Assembly: GCA_043826435.1 (NCBI GenBank)
Contig: JBDRQF010000053.1
Span: forward strand, 38,049 to 102,048
DNA length: 64,000 bases
From: Elusimicrobiota bacterium
GTDB taxonomy: Bacteria > Elusimicrobiota > Endomicrobiia > CG1-02-37-114 > JAHJSO01
Direction: 5' to 3'
Positions 61,295-64,000 of this stretch are shown piece by piece (within the stretch, counting starts at the first letter, position 1; each line of letters begins with the position of its first letter). The notes beneath the pieces are model-generated. The model made no database searches and was not told the DNA's origin. It saw nothing but the letters and a program-made list of their open reading frames with translations. The position numbers and the translations under genes are program-made.

Positions 61295-61506
61295 TACAGC
61301 GATTTTAAACCGGTTTCCGGTGTGTATCGCTCGTGTAGCAACAGAGACATGCCCGGCGTGTATTATATATTGGGTGTCCAATTGGTGAACAACCGGCGTG
61401 TGTTGTGCATTTTGTGTATCGGATGAACGTTCGTAATGCATTGTGCGTATTGCGGAAGGTGCGTATGATATATTAGGGGAAAAAATACAGGAAAGGAGAC
61501 GGGTTT

Positions 61507-62475
61507 GTGATAACAAGAAATATCTTTAGGGGTATTCTGTTTATTGTGTTTGTCCTGCCTATTCTCAGGGAGGACGTATCTGCACGGATAGGACTAAGGA
61601 GCAGGTTTACAGAGGCGATTATAGAAAACCTTGAAACAGGCAGGAGTTATAACATTCGGGAACTCGGCCGCACGCCCTATACCGTTATAAATGCAGGTGA
61701 TGCTGAACTTGAAATTGAAACGATAGTAGAGGTGCCGGGCGAGGGGGCGATTATGCAGGGCTATGAGCCGGTCCCTGACACAGCATGGATAAAGGTTGTC
61801 CCGGACAAATTCAGGATAGGGCCACAGGAAGAAATGCCTGCTGATGTTATTATTACAATACCGCCTGATGAACATTTTGCAAACAGGCATTACCAGGCGA
61901 TGATATGGTCAAAAAGCGCAGGTGTAGGCATGTTCGGTGTAGGAGTCCGTTCACGGCTCAGGTTTTCAACCGGAAAGGCGCCTGAAACGTTTCAGAAAGA
62001 GAAAGAAAAGAGGGGGTTGATAACCGTTAACCTGGACATCACGCCACCGACAATTTATGTATCGGACGTAGTGCCGGGAGAAAAATATGATATCAAAAAA
62101 CACTCTAAAGAATCATTAAAGATAACGAACCGTACGGATTCTGCTCTGAAGATAAAATTAAAGTGTGTCCAACCGCCAGCATCAGGACTGACTGCGGGCT
62201 ATGAACCCGCGCAGGACACCGGCTGGTTAAAATTAAAACCGGAATCATTTACGATAAGAGCCAATACAATCAGAGAAATAAAAATGATTCTGAAAATCCC
62301 GGATGAGGAAAAACACCGCAATAAAAAATACGTATTTTTAATTAAAGGCGAGGTCCATGCAAAAGAACAGTTGCCTGTAGAATTATATTCAAGAGTATAT
62401 GTGGCGACAAAAGGACAGGACGGCAAAACAGCAGGGCGGGGAAACAAAACAGAGCGAAACGAAACGATAAAATAA
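61507..62475 (+). CDS. Exported protein with two tandem Ig-like domains (chaperone-like)
   Basis: GAAAGGAG SD; duplicated N.(G/T)D...GYEP..DT.W....P..F.I motif. Confidence 0.65.
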   Translation: MITRNIFRGILFIVFVLPILREDVSARIGLRSRFTEAIIENLETGRSYNIRELGRTPYTVINAGDAELEIETIVEVPGEGAIMQGYEPVPDTAWIKVVPDKFRIGPQEEMPADVIITIPPDEHFANRHYQAMIWSKSAGVGMFGVGVRSRLRFSTGKAPETFQKEKEKRGLITVNLDITPPTIYVSDVVPGEKYDIKKHSKESLKITNRTDSALKIKLKCVQPPASGLTAGYEPAQDTGWLKLKPESFTIRANTIREIKMILKIPDEEKHRNKKYVFLIKGEVHAKEQLPVELYSRVYVATKGQDGKTAGRGNKTERNETIK

Positions 62476-62476
62476 A

Positions 62477-63526
62477 ATGGGCAATAAAAAAGCGTTAACA
62501 CCAATACAGGGAATGTTATTAACGGTGTGCTTATATCTTATGATAAGCATACCCGTGCTGCCCGTATTGCCTGTTATCGTCTCCGGCGCCAACCACGGCG
62601 CCTCATTCGGCATAACCTTCACGCCCCTACTGGCAGACACAACCCCGGTAGTGGAGCCGCCTGAAGGTTCGTTTATGGTAGCATCAACGGGCACTGTAGT
62701 GGAAATAGCGCACCCGACGGGCGCAGTGATATCGTTAAAGATAAAACTTACCGCTGCTCTGACTTTTGACACGACATTTCACGTTTACGTCCGTGTGAAT
62801 TTTGACCCGATAAACAAACCGCACCGGGTTGACAGCAAAAAGATAGTTGACGCAAACGCCAAGGACGACAATGACTATGAGACAGTCCGGCTGAAGCGCA
62901 ACCAGACGGAAATTCCTGTTGAGATAACCGCATACAAACTTTACATAACGAGTTACGATTTTATTTCAGTGGATGATTTCGATCGGCAGGTTGATAATGT
63001 AGAAGTAACGATGTCATATCCCGATACAGACAATAACGGACTAATAGACAGGACATGGCCTGAGGTTTCCGAGAAGACGGTGCGGATATATTTGTTGAAC
63101 GAGCAGACAAGCATCTGGGAGGAGGTGTCAGGCCAGCAGACGGTTGATACCGCCGGCAACAGGGTTACTGCGTCCGTCGGGCATTTTTCCGTATTTGCGA
63201 TGATAGGCAGGCCGATGGCGTACACCGATGTTACTGCCGTTGAGGTCTATCCCAACCCGTGCAAGCCGGGCAGCAGGGACATATTTGATTCGGATTACAT
63301 CGTATTCAGGAAAATCCCCGACGGCTCAACGATAAAGATATTCACGGTTTCAGGCGAATTAGTGACTACGCTGAAATATCCCGATGCGGATAACCCGGCG
63401 TCAAACATCTACAGGTGGCGGTTGGTTAACAGGGACAGAGAAAACGTTGCATCCGGCGTTTATATATACATGATAACCGACAGGGAAAACAAAAAGAAGA
63501 CAGGGAGAATGAGCATAATAAGATAA
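62477..63526 (+). CDS. Exported protein with C-terminal FlgD-Ig/T9SS type-A CTD-like tail
   Basis: VYPNP; IKIFTVSGELV; W...N....VASGVYIY; ends ..IIR. Confidence 0.75.
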   Translation: MGNKKALTPIQGMLLTVCLYLMISIPVLPVLPVIVSGANHGASFGITFTPLLADTTPVVEPPEGSFMVASTGTVVEIAHPTGAVISLKIKLTAALTFDTTFHVYVRVNFDPINKPHRVDSKKIVDANAKDDNDYETVRLKRNQTEIPVEITAYKLYITSYDFISVDDFDRQVDNVEVTMSYPDTDNNGLIDRTWPEVSEKTVRIYLLNEQTSIWEEVSGQQTVDTAGNRVTASVGHFSVFAMIGRPMAYTDVTAVEVYPNPCKPGSRDIFDSDYIVFRKIPDGSTIKIFTVSGELVTTLKYPDADNPASNIYRWRLVNRDRENVASGVYIYMITDRENKKKTGRMSIIR

Positions 63527-63611
63527 AATGCTAAAAAAATACCTATACAAAATTGGTGCATCCGTGTGCAGCCGAATAATTCCGGCAAATGGCGCGATGC
63601 GCCATAAATTC

Positions 63612-64000
63612 ATGAGAATAACGTTATGCCTGATGCTAATTGCGTTATGCCGCCCTGCGGACGCTGCAGGCCCGGGGACAACCGCTGCAAACTTCTTGCG
63701 AATAGGTGCGGGCGCCCGGGCAGCCGGCATGGGCGAGGCATACACGGGCATTGCAGACGAGGTAAATTCCATTTACTGGAACCCCGCGGGGATGTCGTTG
63801 ATGAAAACGAAAGAGGCGTCATTCATGCATGCCGTATGGCTGGAAGGGATAAACTACCAGCACTTCGCATACGGCCACCCGGTTGCCAAACTCGGTACAT
63901 TCGGAATTGCGCTGGACTATCTGTCAATGTCGCCCATAGACAGAACGGGCATAGACACAACAGGCGGGTTGGACGCTCCTGTCTCTACCGGTGAAACATA
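63612..64000 (+). CDS. PorV/PorQ-like outer-membrane protein (partial, runs off the window)
   Basis: Manual translation: MRITLCLMLIALCRPADAAGPGTTAANFLRIGAGARAAGMGEAYTGIADEVNSIYWNPAG; absent from the ORF track because it has no stop in the window. Confidence 0.8.
   Translation, partial: MRITLCLMLIALCRPADAAGPGTTAANFLRIGAGARAAGMGEAYTGIADEVNSIYWNPAGMSLMKTKEASFMHAVWLEGINYQHFAYGHPVAKLGTFGIALDYLSMSPIDRTGIDTTGGLDAPVSTGET

Overview
This is a 64-kb bacterial chromosomal window using standard code 11; no rRNA, tRNA, CRISPR array or transposase was seen. The gene style (PorV-like protein, CTD-like tail, WTAPGDDG FN3 repeats, TIGR03545/6) suggests a diderm such as Elusimicrobiota, which is an inference. 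(1) 1-25.4 kb is a mostly minus-strand Wzx/Wzy surface-glycan locus with many GT4s, five methyltransferase domains, a GT4-kinase fusion, WecA-like, PIG-L, WbqC, ExeA-like and PHP genes. A divergent TIGR03546/TIGR03545 pair interrupts it. (2) 25.5-30.2 kb holds three prepilin-like genes, one of them giant. (3) 30.2-54 kb is housekeeping and signalling: tmk-holB-PSP1-metG, an HtrA/two-component cluster, rlmD, pcrA, and gatCA-[3 genes]-gatB. (4) 54.2-64 kb is the most interesting part, a putative fibre system. An 1809-aa secreted MBL-hydrolase/FN3 protein ends in a domain that appears homologous to the small secreted protein encoded next; a tandem-Ig chaperone-like gene, a CTD-like protein and a PorV-like protein follow. 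A TGTCATTGCGAG palindromic repeat family occurs at six intergenic sites. Three genes look leaderless. All product calls come from motif recognition by eye, without database searches.
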